Assembly (NCBI RefSeq): GCF_009914755.1
Contig: NC_060929.1
Direction: 5' to 3' (one strand)
From: the human T2T-CHM13v2.0 reference genome, Homo sapiens
DNA length: 64,000 bases
The position numbers were made by a program, and so were the translations under genes. Below are positions 43,980-57,584 of this stretch, one piece after another (positions within the stretch are counted from its first letter, which is position 1; each line of letters begins with the position of its first letter). The notes under the pieces were generated by a model. That model made no database searches. It was given only the letters and a program-made list of their open reading frames with translations, and had not been told where the DNA came from.

Positions 43980-44756
43980 ATGCTTGTATAGGTTCCAGGG
44001 ACAGGGTAGGGGAAGGTGTTGGTGGGGAGAAGAGGGACTGACTCTTACGGGTAGAGGGTTTCTTTTGGCGTGATGAAAATGTTCCAAAATTAGACAATGG
44101 TAATGGTTGAACCCCTTGTGAATATACTAGAAACTAAATCATACACTTAAAAAGTGAATTTTATGGTATATAAATTATATCTCAGATTTTTTTTTAAAAA
44201 AAAGAAAATCAGGAATGGGATGACAGAGAAAATGCTTTTTTGATGGATTCATTCAGGGTAGAATAGATACTGGCAAGAGGCTCAACCATATTTGATGTGT
44301 CTTATGTGTTAGGGGGCATTTCTGAAATTATTCTCACAAGTAATTGTAAATTGACTTGCTTTGTTGGATACCTATTTCCCATGTACCTTAATTACTCTTT
44401 TGCTATCCCCTAAAATCAGAGATTTCTCACTTTCATGGAAACACTCATTTCCATGTCCTGTGGCCACAGTTTTCTCTTGCCCTGGCTTGTTGTTTCAAAT
44501 TCCCATCTTAAATGTGAGAAGGTGTAAGCTCCGGACATAAGCAGACCAAAGCTGCACATTTTCAAAGCAAAGCCCTGGAGAAACTGCTAAGTCACTGGGA
44601 TGCCGGGAGGAAAGGCAGTCTGAGGGGATGTGGACAGGAGACCCAACCTGCCACATGTGTTTACATAAGCAACGTTGCTACGGAAACAAGGAGATTTGAT
44701 TCCAAATGTTACAAGAAACTTTGGAGGACTTTGAGGAAGGTAGTGGCATGATCTGA

Positions 44757-44980
<224 letters not shown>

Positions 44981-46239
44981 ATGATCTGATGTGTTTTAAA
45001 AGGTTCTTCTGGTCTCTGCATGGAGAGCTGACTTTAAGGGGGCCATGAGCCAAGAGGCCACTTCACTGAATCCCTAGAGCAGTTTGTTTTTTTGGGCCCT
45101 GGGTGATAAAGGTCCAAGTAAAGAAAAAAGCATTCACTCAACAAAATGTAAACTGCGTGAGGCCAGGGATCGCTGTCTGTGTAACCACTGCTCTGTCACC
45201 ACACTGTGGCAATGCCAGGGCACCTAGCAGATGTTCCAGAAATATTTGTTAAATGCATCCCCAGCTGAATACTGACCGTGGTGTGTTAAAAGAACCCCGA
45301 ATGTCAATCAGAAGGTCTGCGTGCAGATCTTAGCTCTGCTGTGTATACATCAAGATGAGAGACTTACGCAAAATACTCAACCTCTCCAAGCTTCAGTCTC
45401 CTCATCTATAATAGAGGAATAAGAGCTGTCAAGTGTTGAGAGATGAAAGGAAGATGTATGAGAAAGTTCCTGGCCTATAGTAAAATTAGATTGCTTGTTT
45501 TGCTTCTTTCAAAGACTGGAACCGCAAACCGATTTGAAAGTCATACTCTGGGCAGCAATGATGATGTTATGTTATCAGTGGAAGAGTTGCCTCTTTCATA
45601 GTCTTGGCCATCTGCAAACACGAATGAACGTCTTTGAGTTAAGGAGGAAGGTTTCAATGGCAGTATGATTTCTCTGGCTAATGTTGCCTATCCTCTTGCT
45701 ACATACACTGTTGAGAGGGGCCTAAAGTGGGTGGGCTTTGTTCAGCAAAACTGTCTCCCACATGCTCCTTGCAGGACCTTGGCATCTTGCAATAATTGCC
45801 CTTGAGCACCAAAACCCTAGGCTGTATCACTGGCTTTCGTACCAAAGAAACCACTGGAATAAGGAAAAGCACAACAGCAATAAGGCTAGCAAGGATTTTT
45901 GAGCTCTTACTGTGATTCATGTCTTTAAACACATCATTTTGTGTCATCTTTATCACAGCTTTCTGCAGTGGGTACCAGAGTCACCTCAGTTTTGCAGACA
46001 GGTTTACCGAGGCTCCGTGATGAATCCATGGATTGTAGATCCATGGTTTGGACCTATAATATCTCTGGTTCTGTATCCTGTATCAATATTGCCATCAGTG
46101 TGGCTAATCTTTTGAGCAGTCACCATGTGCTGACCCCTTTACCTGCTCTATTTCACTGCAGGCTGGTGGAGTGGGTTAGCACCAACAGATCAGGTACATG
46201 CAAAAATCCTTACAAGCCTGCATCTCAGCTGGGCCAGCA

Positions 46240-46412
46240 GGGGCTGTAACTGAAACATGCATCAGAATCACCTGACTGCTTATTAACCTGCAGATTTCTA
46301 GGTCCCACCCCCAGAGGTTCTGATTCAGTAGGTCTAGGCAGCGGCCAGAGAATTTGTATCTCTAGCAAGTTCCCAGGTGCTGCTGCTGATCTGGCAACCA
46401 CACTTTGAAACT
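46240..46412. mobile_element. MER5A
   Basis: GCATCAGAATCACCTG...TTCTGATTCAGTAGGTCTAGG...CAAGTTCCCAGGTG...CCACACTTTGA. Confidence 0.8.
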
Positions 46413-46640
46413 ATTCAACCAAGGGGAAAGTAAAGGCAAAATATTTTAAGACAGAATGGATTGCAGTTTGGTCCTCCAAGCTGTCAGGTGAATTAGGGAG
46501 GACTTCCAGAGAGGCAGTGAGTCCCTGAACTATCTTACCCTTCGTCACCCTCTAATTCCAGGGCAAGAACCAGCTCTCCACAGCACCCAGCTAGGGCAAA
46601 TTATTTGTCTTTCAAAAAACAGAACAAAGCACAAGGACAA

Positions 46641-46675
46641 AAACAACAACAACAACAACAACAAAAAAAAAAAAA
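46641..46675 (+). repeat. (AAC)n followed by poly-A
   Basis: Read directly from the sequence. Confidence 0.85.
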
Positions 46676-46857
46676 CACCTAAAATTCTCCTCCTCTCCCA
46701 AATCCTGTTGTCTGAGAGTGGACGTGGTAGCGCCTAGAGAAATCCATCCATTGTCCTCACTTTGGCCAGGATGTTAATTTCAGAGTCAGTGCCAGTTAGA
46801 AAATTGCAGTGGGCACAATTAAACTGGTTCTGCCTCTGTCTTCTGCCATCTTCATAA

Positions 46858-47037
<180 letters not shown>

Positions 47038-47040
47038 TAG

Positions 47041-47190
<150 letters not shown>

Positions 47191-50100
47191 TAGGCACACA
47201 CATCCAGATACTCACATCTGCAGGCACCAAACTCCTTCTTAAAGACCATCTGTTGGAGGGCCACAGGGGTTTTAGCAGTGGGAGCATGAAATAACAGTTC
47301 ATTACTGTGTGTACCCCAGTTCCTAATAAGTGCCTGATTATACTCTGAATAAGAGGGGGTCCCCATACCCACTTCTACCCCCAGCCCTGCAAGCAGCTGT
47401 GAATATGCTTCTGCTTGATGCCCCCAATGGGTTACAGATCCAAATGGAAATTTATAAGAGGGACCAGGACTGTCATGGGAACTCACGTGCTCACACATGA
47501 CACGGATGCTTGCTGCTGATTGGAGGGTCCTTCTGCATCCTGTATAGCGTGGTCCACAAAACGTACTCCAACCTCATAAGGAGAATTGGCTCTCTGAAAG
47601 ATGAGAGGGTCTTTTTAGCTGAAAAGTGACCCCAGAAGCTGTCTCTGCCTCAGGGAGCTTCAGGAATTCTGTGTGATTACCTGAATGATACCTGTGGAGG
47701 GAGAGATGGAACGAAGGAGACATTATTGAGAGTCTGAGTCAGGCCCATGCTAAGAAGATTATATTTAATCTTCACATCACTTCCTGTAAGACGGAATTGT
47801 TCCCCCATCCTTTTACTGATCAGGAAACTCAGAAAAGGAAGTAACTTGCTTGAAATCAAACAGCTGGAAGCCTCCAAGTGTGGTTTTGATTCCACAAGGA
47901 CAGGGGCTATAAACCTTGCTCATGTCCTGAATCCTCCTTTATAAATATGTGCTGAAAGGATGGATGGGTGGATGGATGAACGAACAGTAATGAATTTTTT
48001 ATTTTTCTGTCCCTCCTTGACTCTCTGATTCTAAATTGCTCTGCCCTGGGTGTGGATATTGACTTTCCTGCAAGTACTAACTTGTGCCCATCTCTTGGAT
48101 TTAATTTTTGTTCCCTCTTCAGACTACGCTTCTTGCTTCCCCAGACCTCTTATTATCTGCCAGTTCCCATGGGTTTTTTAGGCAGCAGTTGCATGCCCCT
48201 TCCAGCGAGTTCTATCCACTGTGGGGGAAGCATAGAGCAGTGGATAGATGATCAGTCTGCGTTCTGTGGTTGCTGATAGCATCAGACTCGAGCTAAGAGA
48301 AGTACATGCTGGATAACAGGGAGGTTGCAGGTTGGTTCACAAAGCCCAAGGCAGAGCCAAGGACCCAAGCCCAGAACAGACTGCCACATCTTTGCTTTGG
48401 GCCTTGCTCTGACATTTACAGGCTGTGAGGCCTAGCATCACCAGGCCTAAGTTGGGGAAATAAGCACCCTCACAGGGGGCTTATGAGGGTCATCAGAGCA
48501 CAAGCTGGGGCACGTGGAGCCATGGAGGCCACCACACCCACATCAGAGTTTTTATCATTATTGTCATCCTTGCCCCATCAGGATGGAACCTAATGTTTCT
48601 GTTCTCCCTGGCCTCTACCCTCTAAGATGCCAGTAGCACCCTCCCTAGTTATGACAACCAAAAAGGTCTCCAGACATTGCCAAATATCCCCTGGGAGAAG
48701 GGGGTGCCACCTCTACCCTGTTTTTCTAGAAAGGCATGTCTTTCTCAGTCTATCTTTTGTTTCTCCACTCTGGGTAAGGACTGGGATATAGGAAATAATT
48801 GACGTTTCATTTACCATTGCTTTGCAATGGTAGGGGAATGGGGGAACATGGTGCAAGCACAGGCCCACACGACAGCCGGCACCTGGCCTCAGGGTCAGGA
48901 AGATGAGAAGGAGTAAGGGCCTGCGGCAGAGTGAAACTGACATGCCCAAGCAGAGAAAAAAGACAGTCACTGTTCCTCTCCAGTTAATAGCTGTCCTACT
49001 GAAATGCAATCCCAACGTTGTCATACCTTTCAGTTTTTCAAAAGAAGCCGGGAGACTGGGTTTTTCAATGTATTTTCCAATTTATGAATACTAATGAAAA
49101 CTAATTGAAAGTTTTCAAAACATCAGATGTGCTCAACACATGATGGACCCAGATTCAGTTCACTTCCAAGTTTGCATTCGTTGCTGTACAACAGCAGAGG
49201 CTGGAGAAAGCTGTGGCGGGCTTCCTTCCCCAGCTCGACACCCCAGGCACTGCCAGAATTGCAAAACAGGGATCTGTGCTTTGTTTGTTTCAAGTCCTTC
49301 CACATGGCCTGCTCTTTTCTGAATGTCCTTCATTGCCATTGTTTTGCACACAGAAGATTTTATTTAGATATAGATTATGTTTTGGCAGGCATTCCTGCAC
49401 TCCCAATTATGCTGATGAATGAAAAGATGTTACCAAATATTCCACCTGCTTAGAATCACAGAACATCGGAGCTGGAAGGGCCCTTCAAAGATCATATTGT
49501 CCAGCATTTTTCAAATATTTATTTTTAGCTGAGGACCAATAAAAAAATTCTCCTGCTTAATAAGTAAATTGGATGAAAGCAGAACTATTGTAATTGAAGT
49601 GAGGTGGGAGACCCAGAGCCCATTATAACAAGCTGCTCTTGAACTTCTCTTGTAGAGGGTTTTCTAGGGGGAAGCCCTGAGCACTGCAGAGAACAGTTGG
49701 AAGCAACTGATCTGGTCCAATTCACTATTTTACTAATGAGGAAACTGAAGTCCATAGAGAAGGGGTTTGTACAAGATCATGTAGTGGGTTAGAGGCAGAA
49801 ACTGGTCAAGCACCTTAGCCAGAGTGATTGCTCTGAAGCATCACAGACTCCCTGCTGTTAGCAAAAACCTGTAGGATGAATTAATGCAATTAAAAGATAC
49901 ATCTGTCAGGGGTTGAGGGTTGGTTGCAAAAAAAAAGGCATTGACTGCAGCTGCCTTAATCAGAGAAGGTATTTATTAGAAGGGCAAGAAAGAGCCGAAG
50001 AACCAGGCTTCTCTTGTTCCTGGCTACCTGAACCCAGGATTCAGTGTTTTAGGATTGCAATGTGCTCAATTAACAATGCCTTGTAGCAGTTAACAGCCAC

Positions 50101-50611
50101 GTGTCCCAAGTCTGTCCCATGAGAATCAGCAGAAACATACCTGTTAGGTCTACAGGAAAGTATTTTTTTCCAATTAAAAACAAAACAAGACAAAAAAGAG
50201 GCAAGGAGAGGACAGATTGAATGAACAAAATGCATTTTTGCCCACAGCCCTCCCCTCTCTTTCTTTCTGGAAAAGGACAATATGGCTGGAGGGGCAGTAG
50301 CCATCTTAAAGCCATGAGGACAAAACTTACATTCTGAGAATGAAGGAGCAGGTCTGGACTGGCCATCTTTTGGTTTCTTGTTAAACAAGAAAATTAAAGC
50401 TTCAGTTTAGTCATGGTAGTCAGATTTCTGTTGCATCCTTAACTGATACATCATCTAATTCAACCCTGCCGATTTTATAGGTAAAGTTGCCAGACGAGGC
50501 CAAGAGAAGCAGAAGGACATTCCTAAGGTCAAAAACAAGCCAGTGACTGAATTGAGGCTAAAAGAGCCTGTCCTGTCTCTTGATCCCAAGTGCAATGTTC
50601 TTACAAATAAT

Positions 50612-50793
50612 TTTTTTCAAAGTGTATGCATATTGTTTCAAAGGGTGTGAAATGACCAACGATCTACGCTTTTTCAAAGTGTATGCATATTGTTTCAAAG
50701 GATGTGAAATGACCAACGATCTACGTTTTTTCAAAGTGTATGCATATTGTTTCAAAGGGTGTGAAATAACCAACGACCTACGTTTTTTCAAAG
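50612..50793 (+). repeat. 57-bp minisatellite, about 3.2 copies
   Basis: Unit TTTTTTCAAAGTGTATGCATATTGTTTCAAAGGGTGTGAAATGACCAACGATCTACG. Period 57 (C at 50618, 50675, 50732, 50789); 4 variable sites. Confidence 0.97.
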
Positions 50794-51546
50794 ATGACTG
50801 ATAATGAGTAAATCATAATGCATGTTAGTTTTCTAAATTTTGTTTTAAGGCCAGAAGCAATCAGGGCATCATCATCACCATCATCAGTATCATCATCTTC
50901 TTCTCATCAAGAACAACTTGAGCAACCCTGTGTTTATAAGATAGCTAATTGCAAAGCTATAATCTCAGGCTTGAAGATTATTTAACATTCTTCAGGGGCA
51001 AATCTAGACAAATTGTGTGTGTGTGGAGAGGAGGTATGGGCAGGGAGGTCTTCATGGGGAGAAAGACAACATGTGGTTAAGGAGCCAGCCACTCAGGGGT
51101 TAATGGCATTTGTTGTTTTGGATCCCGGGCGGACGCCAAATGGAATTTACTTTTCCCAGTAGTATAGCATCGTAACACTTGATTTCTGCTCGGCATGAAG
51201 AAATGCACATTTTGCTCAAAAGACTTTGCACTTAATCCTCCCACATTCACTTGGGTTAACACTGAGCTGCTGTATTAACATTCGTTGTGGGAAAGAAGGA
51301 CACATTCTAGCGCCTGGCATCTCGGCCTCCCATGTAGGGAGGTTGGCCTGGCCAAGCCTCGAGGGCAATTTGTCCATTACTGTTTAAGCGTCTACAGAGT
51401 GCTCAGCTTGGTGCGGAGGTCCAGGGAGTGGAGCTATCTAGTAGGGAAAAGTGACAAAGTGAAATGTGTAGTGGGGACTCAGGAGTTCAGGCCAAAAGGG
51501 ATATAAGTGAGGACTATAAGGATGATTCCATGTGGGGAAATGGCTT

Positions 51547-51803
51547 CTGAATTGGAAGGAGGACCATGTCAGGACTGAAGGAAAGACAGGGAAAGGGCAG
51601 GTATTCTAGGGGAGCAACCAGCCCAGCAAGCATGGCTTCCTAGGGTTGGGGAGAGGCTGCTGGGAATAAATAGGAAATGGGATTAGTGTGGCCATCCGTC
51701 CATTCATTTACTCATTCGTTTACTAACCAACATCGAGCACTGTGGTAGGCTCCCCAAAGATGTCCATGTCCTAATCCCCAGAACCTGTGGAATATGTTAC
51801 CTG
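51547..51803 (+). repeat. Dispersed direct duplication B, copy 1
   Basis: About 94% identical to 52496-52753 (14 substitutions and 1 indel, counted by hand). Confidence 0.95.
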
Positions 51804-52240
51804 ACACAGCAAAGGAGACTTTAAGGTGTGATAAAGTTAAAGATCTTGAAGATGGGGAGTGTCTTGGGCTATCCAAGTGGGCTCAGTACAATTACAGCAT
51901 CCTTATAGGTGAAAAACGGAAGCTGGAGAAAATCAGAGTCAGAGAGCAATTTAAAGAAGCTGTGTTGCTGGCTTTGAAGATGGAGGAAGGGGCCATGAAC
52001 CAAGGAATGCAGGGAGCCTCTAGAGGCTGGAAAAAGAAGCTGGGGAAGGCAAGGAAATAGATTAATCCTTAGATCCTCCAGAAGGAACTCAGTCTTGCCC
52101 AGACCTTGATTTAGCTCCATGCAACCCCTTTTAGGCTTCTGATCTCCAGAAGTATTACACTTATTACAAAATAAATGTGTACTGTTTTAATTTACTAAGT
52201 TTGTGGTGATTTATAACAACAGCTGTAGGAAACTAACACA
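51741..52240 (+). mobile_element. MLT1D-like MaLR LTR
   Basis: TGTGGTAGGCTCCCCAAAGATGTCCATGTCCTAATCCCCAGAACCTGTG...AGGAAACTAACACA, about 500 bp. Confidence 0.85.
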
Positions 52241-52495
52241 CACATCCTCTACATGCCAGGTACTATGCCAGTAGCTGGGGTTAAAACCCGAATCAGGTTA
52301 GAGATATAGCCCCTGACTTCATGGACTGGTGATCATTGCACTGAATAGTTACCTACTAACTGCAGCATTATTTAATGACAGTTGCGAAGGGGAAATAGCT
52401 GTAGAATGGAAACTTGGGGCACCCAGAGAATTGGTGACAGACTCCTACTTAGTGAGTAAGCCAAGGATGGCCTCCATGAGGAAGAGCCAGAATCC

Positions 52496-52753
52496 CTGAA
52501 TTGGAAGGAGGACTATGTCAGGGCTGAAGGAAAGACAGGGAAAGGGCAGATATTACAAGGGAGCAACCAGCCCAAGCAAGCATGGCTTCCTGGGGTTGGG
52601 GAGAGGCTGCTGGGAATAAATAGGAAATGGGATTAGAGTGGCCATCCGTCTATTTGTTTACTCATTCATGTAATAACCAACATCGAGCACTGTGGTAGGC
52701 TCCCCAAAGATGTCCATGTCCTAATCCCCAGAACCTGTGGAATATGTTACCTG
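52496..52753 (+). repeat. Dispersed direct duplication B, copy 2 (derived)
   Basis: Ends abruptly 63 bp into the MLT1D sequence. Confidence 0.95.
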
Positions 52754-52789
52754 TTCTTTAGAAATAGGATACAAGCCTTCTAATTATAA

Positions 52790-53036
52790 ATGCTTTAGTG
52801 TCTTTATTTTTCAAAAATTAAAAGAATAAAGTTAATTTTAACAATACATTTAACACCATATTCTAAAGTGTTATACTAAACATGTAATCAATATAAAATA
52901 TTGCTGAGATTTTGTTTTCCTTTTTTGGGTATCTGGTGGATTTTTTACACTTGCAGCACATTTCTAATGGACTAGCCACATTTCAAGGGCTCAAAAGACT
53001 CATGCAGCTTGTAGCTTCCATACAGAATAGCACAGC
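52790..53036. mobile_element. MER33-like hAT-Charlie fragment
   Basis: GGACTAGCCACATTTCAAGGGCTCAAAAGACTCATGCAGCTTGTAGCTTCCATACAGAATAGCACAG end. Confidence 0.7.
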
Positions 53037-54003
53037 CCTAGAAAATGAGAAAGGGTTTACTTGCAGAGACATGTGTTGGGGGGGGTAGACTATGGAGGGG
53101 GGGTCCAGGAGAGGGAAGGAAGAAGAGCTCGTTGGTGGAGGAAGGCCCAAGGTGGGAAAAGCAGTGTGCCCTGGAGGAGTGGGCAGTAGGCAGGTGGAGG
53201 GAGGGTGGCTAGGTGAGAGGCACACAATGGGTATGGGGAGGGAGCACAGGACCAGACATGCTCCCAGGTAGTTTATCCTGAGAGCAAGGAAAGTCATAGG
53301 GAAAATACTCTGTGAATAAACATGATCCAACTGGGGCTTTTCAAACATCTTTGAGGACAAATGAGAAAATATTTCAATGAGACAGAGAAGAGTGGAGGGT
53401 TGTGAGTGTCAGCCATGGTAGGGAAGATAAATCCATCTGACCCTTTCCCCAGTTCAGCTGTTTGCTTTAAAAGTGAACAAATAAAATGACCAGCCTGAAA
53501 ATTTCCATGAAATGCTTCAGGGAGCTCCATGGGGTTAGGCCTTGTCTTTTCATATTGCTTAATCTAAAACTCGGCATAGAGCTGAACCCAAAGTACTTAC
53601 CATCAGCAGCAGCAGCAACAGCATCAACACTTCCTGAGCTTTTGCAATGTGCCGGACACTGTGCAGGGCCCTTCGTTTGCACTTAAGCTTCGACAATTCT
53701 ATTAGGCAGATTTTATTATCTTCATCTTACAGATGAGATTATGGAGGCTCAGGGAAGGTAAATGACAAGCACAATACCACACAACCAGGGAGTGGCAGTG
53801 GCAGGACCTGACCCAGGCTGTCAGACTCGAAGACTCTACGGGGCCTGGAAGGAAGCTGAGGCTGGGCAAGTCCTGAACAATGAGGAGAGAATTGATTGCC
53901 TGTTTCAGAGCATTGCCAGGAGGGAGCTTTTCCAAGCCTAAGACAGAGGAGCAAAGATCGGTGGATCTGTGTTCTGTCTTCCCCTTTTGAACTGATTTTA
54001 GGT

Positions 54004-54034
<31 letters not shown>

Positions 54035-54220
54035 TCAGCTCAGCTTTATTTCAAAGTCCCCCGGAGGCTTGCTGGACTCTGAAATCCAGGGAGTCGTAAC
54101 TTGCCCTCATCCTTGTTCATTGCAGCGTCTGTGCCAGCCTTTGGAGAGACCTTTCTGTTACATGTCAGCCTCAGAAGCCCATGGCTTGCCCAACTTAATT
54201 CTCAGCCAAGTTCACAAAAG

Positions 54221-54397
54221 CCTCCCTCCCTCCCTCCTTTCTCCCTTCCCTCCCTCCCTCCTTTTCTTCTTTCCCTCCCTCCCTCCTTTTCTTCTTTCCC
54301 TCCCTCCCTCCTTTCTTCCTTCCCTCCTTCCTTCCTTTCTTCCTTCTTTCCTTCCTTTCACCTTTCCTTCCTTCCCTCCTTCCTTCTTGTTTCTTTC
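54221..54397 (+). repeat. Polypyrimidine (CCTT/CCCT)n low-complexity tract
   Basis: About 175 nt, almost entirely C/T. Confidence 0.92.
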
Positions 54398-57281
54398 AAG
54401 GTCATCTCCTCAGTGCCCTCAGATCCTTTGCATTTTACCCTACAGTCCACTCCTGGGAGGAGTGATGGAGGAGGCCACTGTACAGATGAGAAACCAAGAC
54501 CAGAGAATTCATGGGACCCCTTTCCACCCACACCCCCCTGAGCTCTTCTCTGTGCTTACATTATCAGCAGATCCTCTCCCAAAGCCTGTGTAATCTGGCA
54601 TTTGGATTTTTCCTGCTGGCTTATTGGCACTTTAATAGCCTTTTCTAATTGGTATCTGTTCCCAGTGAAGTTCAGCTTCAATTACATGAAAAAGACCCTC
54701 TTAGTAAATGCCCTTCCTTGGCTTTTCTCGAATACAGCAGCAGGTGTGTCTCTTGCATGAGCACTTTTTTTCCCAAGTGAGTTTGTATTCAATTAGCCAC
54801 AAATGTGTTCTGCGTGCATGTGTATGCATCTATGTATGTAAAGATATGCAAACACATATGCATTTGGATACTTGAACACAAAATCCAATGTGCTGAAATT
54901 CCACTTTTATGTAAATGAATAACATTTCTGAAGGGAGCATTGTAAGGGCCATTGAGGTCACACTGTATTTGGAGATCACCATCTCTCTCTCCGCTTTCCC
55001 TATTCTGCCAAATATCTCCTCAACTGACTGTAAAGAATGCAGATCAAAAGTATTTAAGAAATCACGGGTCTACAGCATGTCTGCCCTTTATTTTAAACCA
55101 TCTAAAATTTATCCTTATCATGCCCAATGCCCTCCAGTATTCTAAAGGCCTTTGTTGCATAAGCAATTTCTCCATTCCGTGGTGGCTTATCTGACAGTTT
55201 CCCATTTACCTTCTACCTGTTTTTGCACTTGACTTTGAATTTTAAAACTCCACTGTGGTTTGAAAAAGACTTAAAGGATCTTGAAGGATGAAATCAGAAA
55301 CCTAGATTAGCAATTACTATAAACCTGCCAGAAAGGAAGCTGTTGTTGTTATTGTTTTCTATTTGGGCCAAAGCAAAGACTCTGAGGCTTAAGTGTAATC
55401 CAAATGCATCATATAATGAAGCTTATATCCTGGAAAAGTGTCTTTATTTTTCACTCCACTCTGCCTGACTCCACCATTTCATTCTCACTAACTGAGGATA
55501 TTCCTAGGATGATGCCTTTTTTATTTTATTTTAATCTGAATCCTGGGCAACTACTCCAACATTAAGCCTCATTTAGGTTGAAAGAAAATTCATTTTCTTA
55601 CTGCTTTCCCTCTCAGCTCCTTGTCTGAGCTTTAATCGCAAGCAGCTGTGCCAGGCCACACGCCATACCACCTGAGTTTCTGCACCCTGAGGTGCTCTCT
55701 GCCCCAGGCGAAGACCACAAATGTTCATCCTGACAATGGATGAAACCAGGATGGGTGCCAAAACTCACAAGGAGAAGGAGGTAGCAGCTGATGAAATATA
55801 GAGGTGTGAGCTTCAATAATAGGGTTGCTTGAATATGCTGACCCTCACTTCCCAGGAAATCCCTGCAATTCCTAAGTGCTCCTCTTTATTCCCTATCTGC
55901 TACTTCTGATGCATATTTTCTGAAGATTCTGCTCAGTTCTGCTCAATACGGCTCCCCTTTATGGTTCATTTTGACCAAACATCACAAAGATAATATTAAT
56001 AGCTAATGCTGTAGAAAGTGGGCTATGTGCCAAGCATTGTCCTGGGCAGTTGCTAAATAATCACTCATTTTTTCTTTGATTCTTTACAATAACCTTATAA
56101 GATAAATACTGTTATTGTTCCAAGTTACAGATGAGGACACCGAGGCCCCGAGAAGGGAGACAAACTTGATCAACATTACACAGCTGTAATTGATAGTGGA
56201 GTCAATTTACACACTCAGGCCGTCTGGCTCCAGAGTTGGTGCCCTTAACCACTGGGCAACACTGCCCTTGGCACTGATTCTTCTGCGCTCTGTGCTAAGT
56301 ACATGCGGACATATTTTTGCAAGATCTTCTCAACAGCTGGGTATCACTTTTGCATTTTTATGAGACATATATACAAGTCCCATAGCCAGGGAATGTAGGA
56401 GCTGGAAAATTTATTTTCTCATTCAGCAGGTGTTTACTGATCATCTGATAAGTCCTGTGCTCAGTGCTATAGACACAATGAGGAGAACAGACATGGTCTC
56501 TAGTGGGGGAGGCAGATGTTAATCAAACGATTCGACATATAAAGATATCATTTCAAAATTGGCAAAACATATAAAGGCAGTGCAAGGAATCTTTTCTAGC
56601 TAAGGGTGGGAGGTGTAGAGAGGGGGCTTTTCTCCCAGAGGAAGGAGTGTTTAAGCTAAGATAGCACCCATCTGGGGGAGGCTGCGTGGTAATGGGTATT
56701 GGGTTAGGGAGCAGACAGGGAAAAGTATTCTCAGCAAAGGGGCATAATGTGCACAAGCCTTGCTGTGGGGGAAGCAAGGTGAAATTGTGACATTTGAGCA
56801 ACCCCAGCTAGGCTAGAATGCCAGGAGCCAGGGGAGGGGATGGAGGGAATGCCTTGAAATGAGGCAGAAGAGACGAGAAGTTGTGGTTCATCTGATCCTC
56901 AAGCTATGTTTTAAATCTCCCCGTTCCACTGACCACACTATTATAGCGAGTTCTTAGTAGCAAATTTTGCTTTTCTCATTTCATAAAACAGTTGGTAAAA
57001 TCCCATTTAAAAACTCTCAGCAACACGGCATGTATTTCAGACAGACATAATTTCAAATGTGCTGTGCTTTGCCATCTCTAACATATTCAATCATGGCCCT
57101 ATTTGCAGAGCAGACACTGCAGGTGAAAACCCTTGTAAACAGTGAAGTGCTTTCTACACGCACGCCCGTGTTATTAGCCTTAATAATCGGGCTTGTTTTG
57201 GATAATGCATGCGCTCTAACGGGAGTTAATATATGTTAAGTGTTCAAAACGGTGCCTGGCTCATGGTAAACAACTATATAA

Positions 57282-57584
<303 letters not shown>

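Larger units (their letters stand above)
42505..44185 (+). mobile_element. Old L1MB-like 3' end hosting two nested insertions
   Basis: ATGTCCACACAGAGATTTGTACAAAAATGTTCATAGCAGC...GTTTCTTTTGGCGTGATGAAAATGTTCCAAAATTAGA. Collinear on both sides of the inserts. Confidence 0.75.

Noticed and set aside
50558-50801. Repeating peptides (FFKVYAYCFKGCEMTNDLR)x3 and a CRISPR-like periodic array
   Set aside because: The 57-bp period is a multiple of 3, so peptide repeats are automatic. Units are head-to-tail with no unique spacers, there are no cas genes, and the context is eukaryotic.
54021-54593. 190-aa and 146-aa Pro/Ser/Phe/Leu-rich ORFs
   Set aside because: Artefact of a stop-free polypyrimidine tract.
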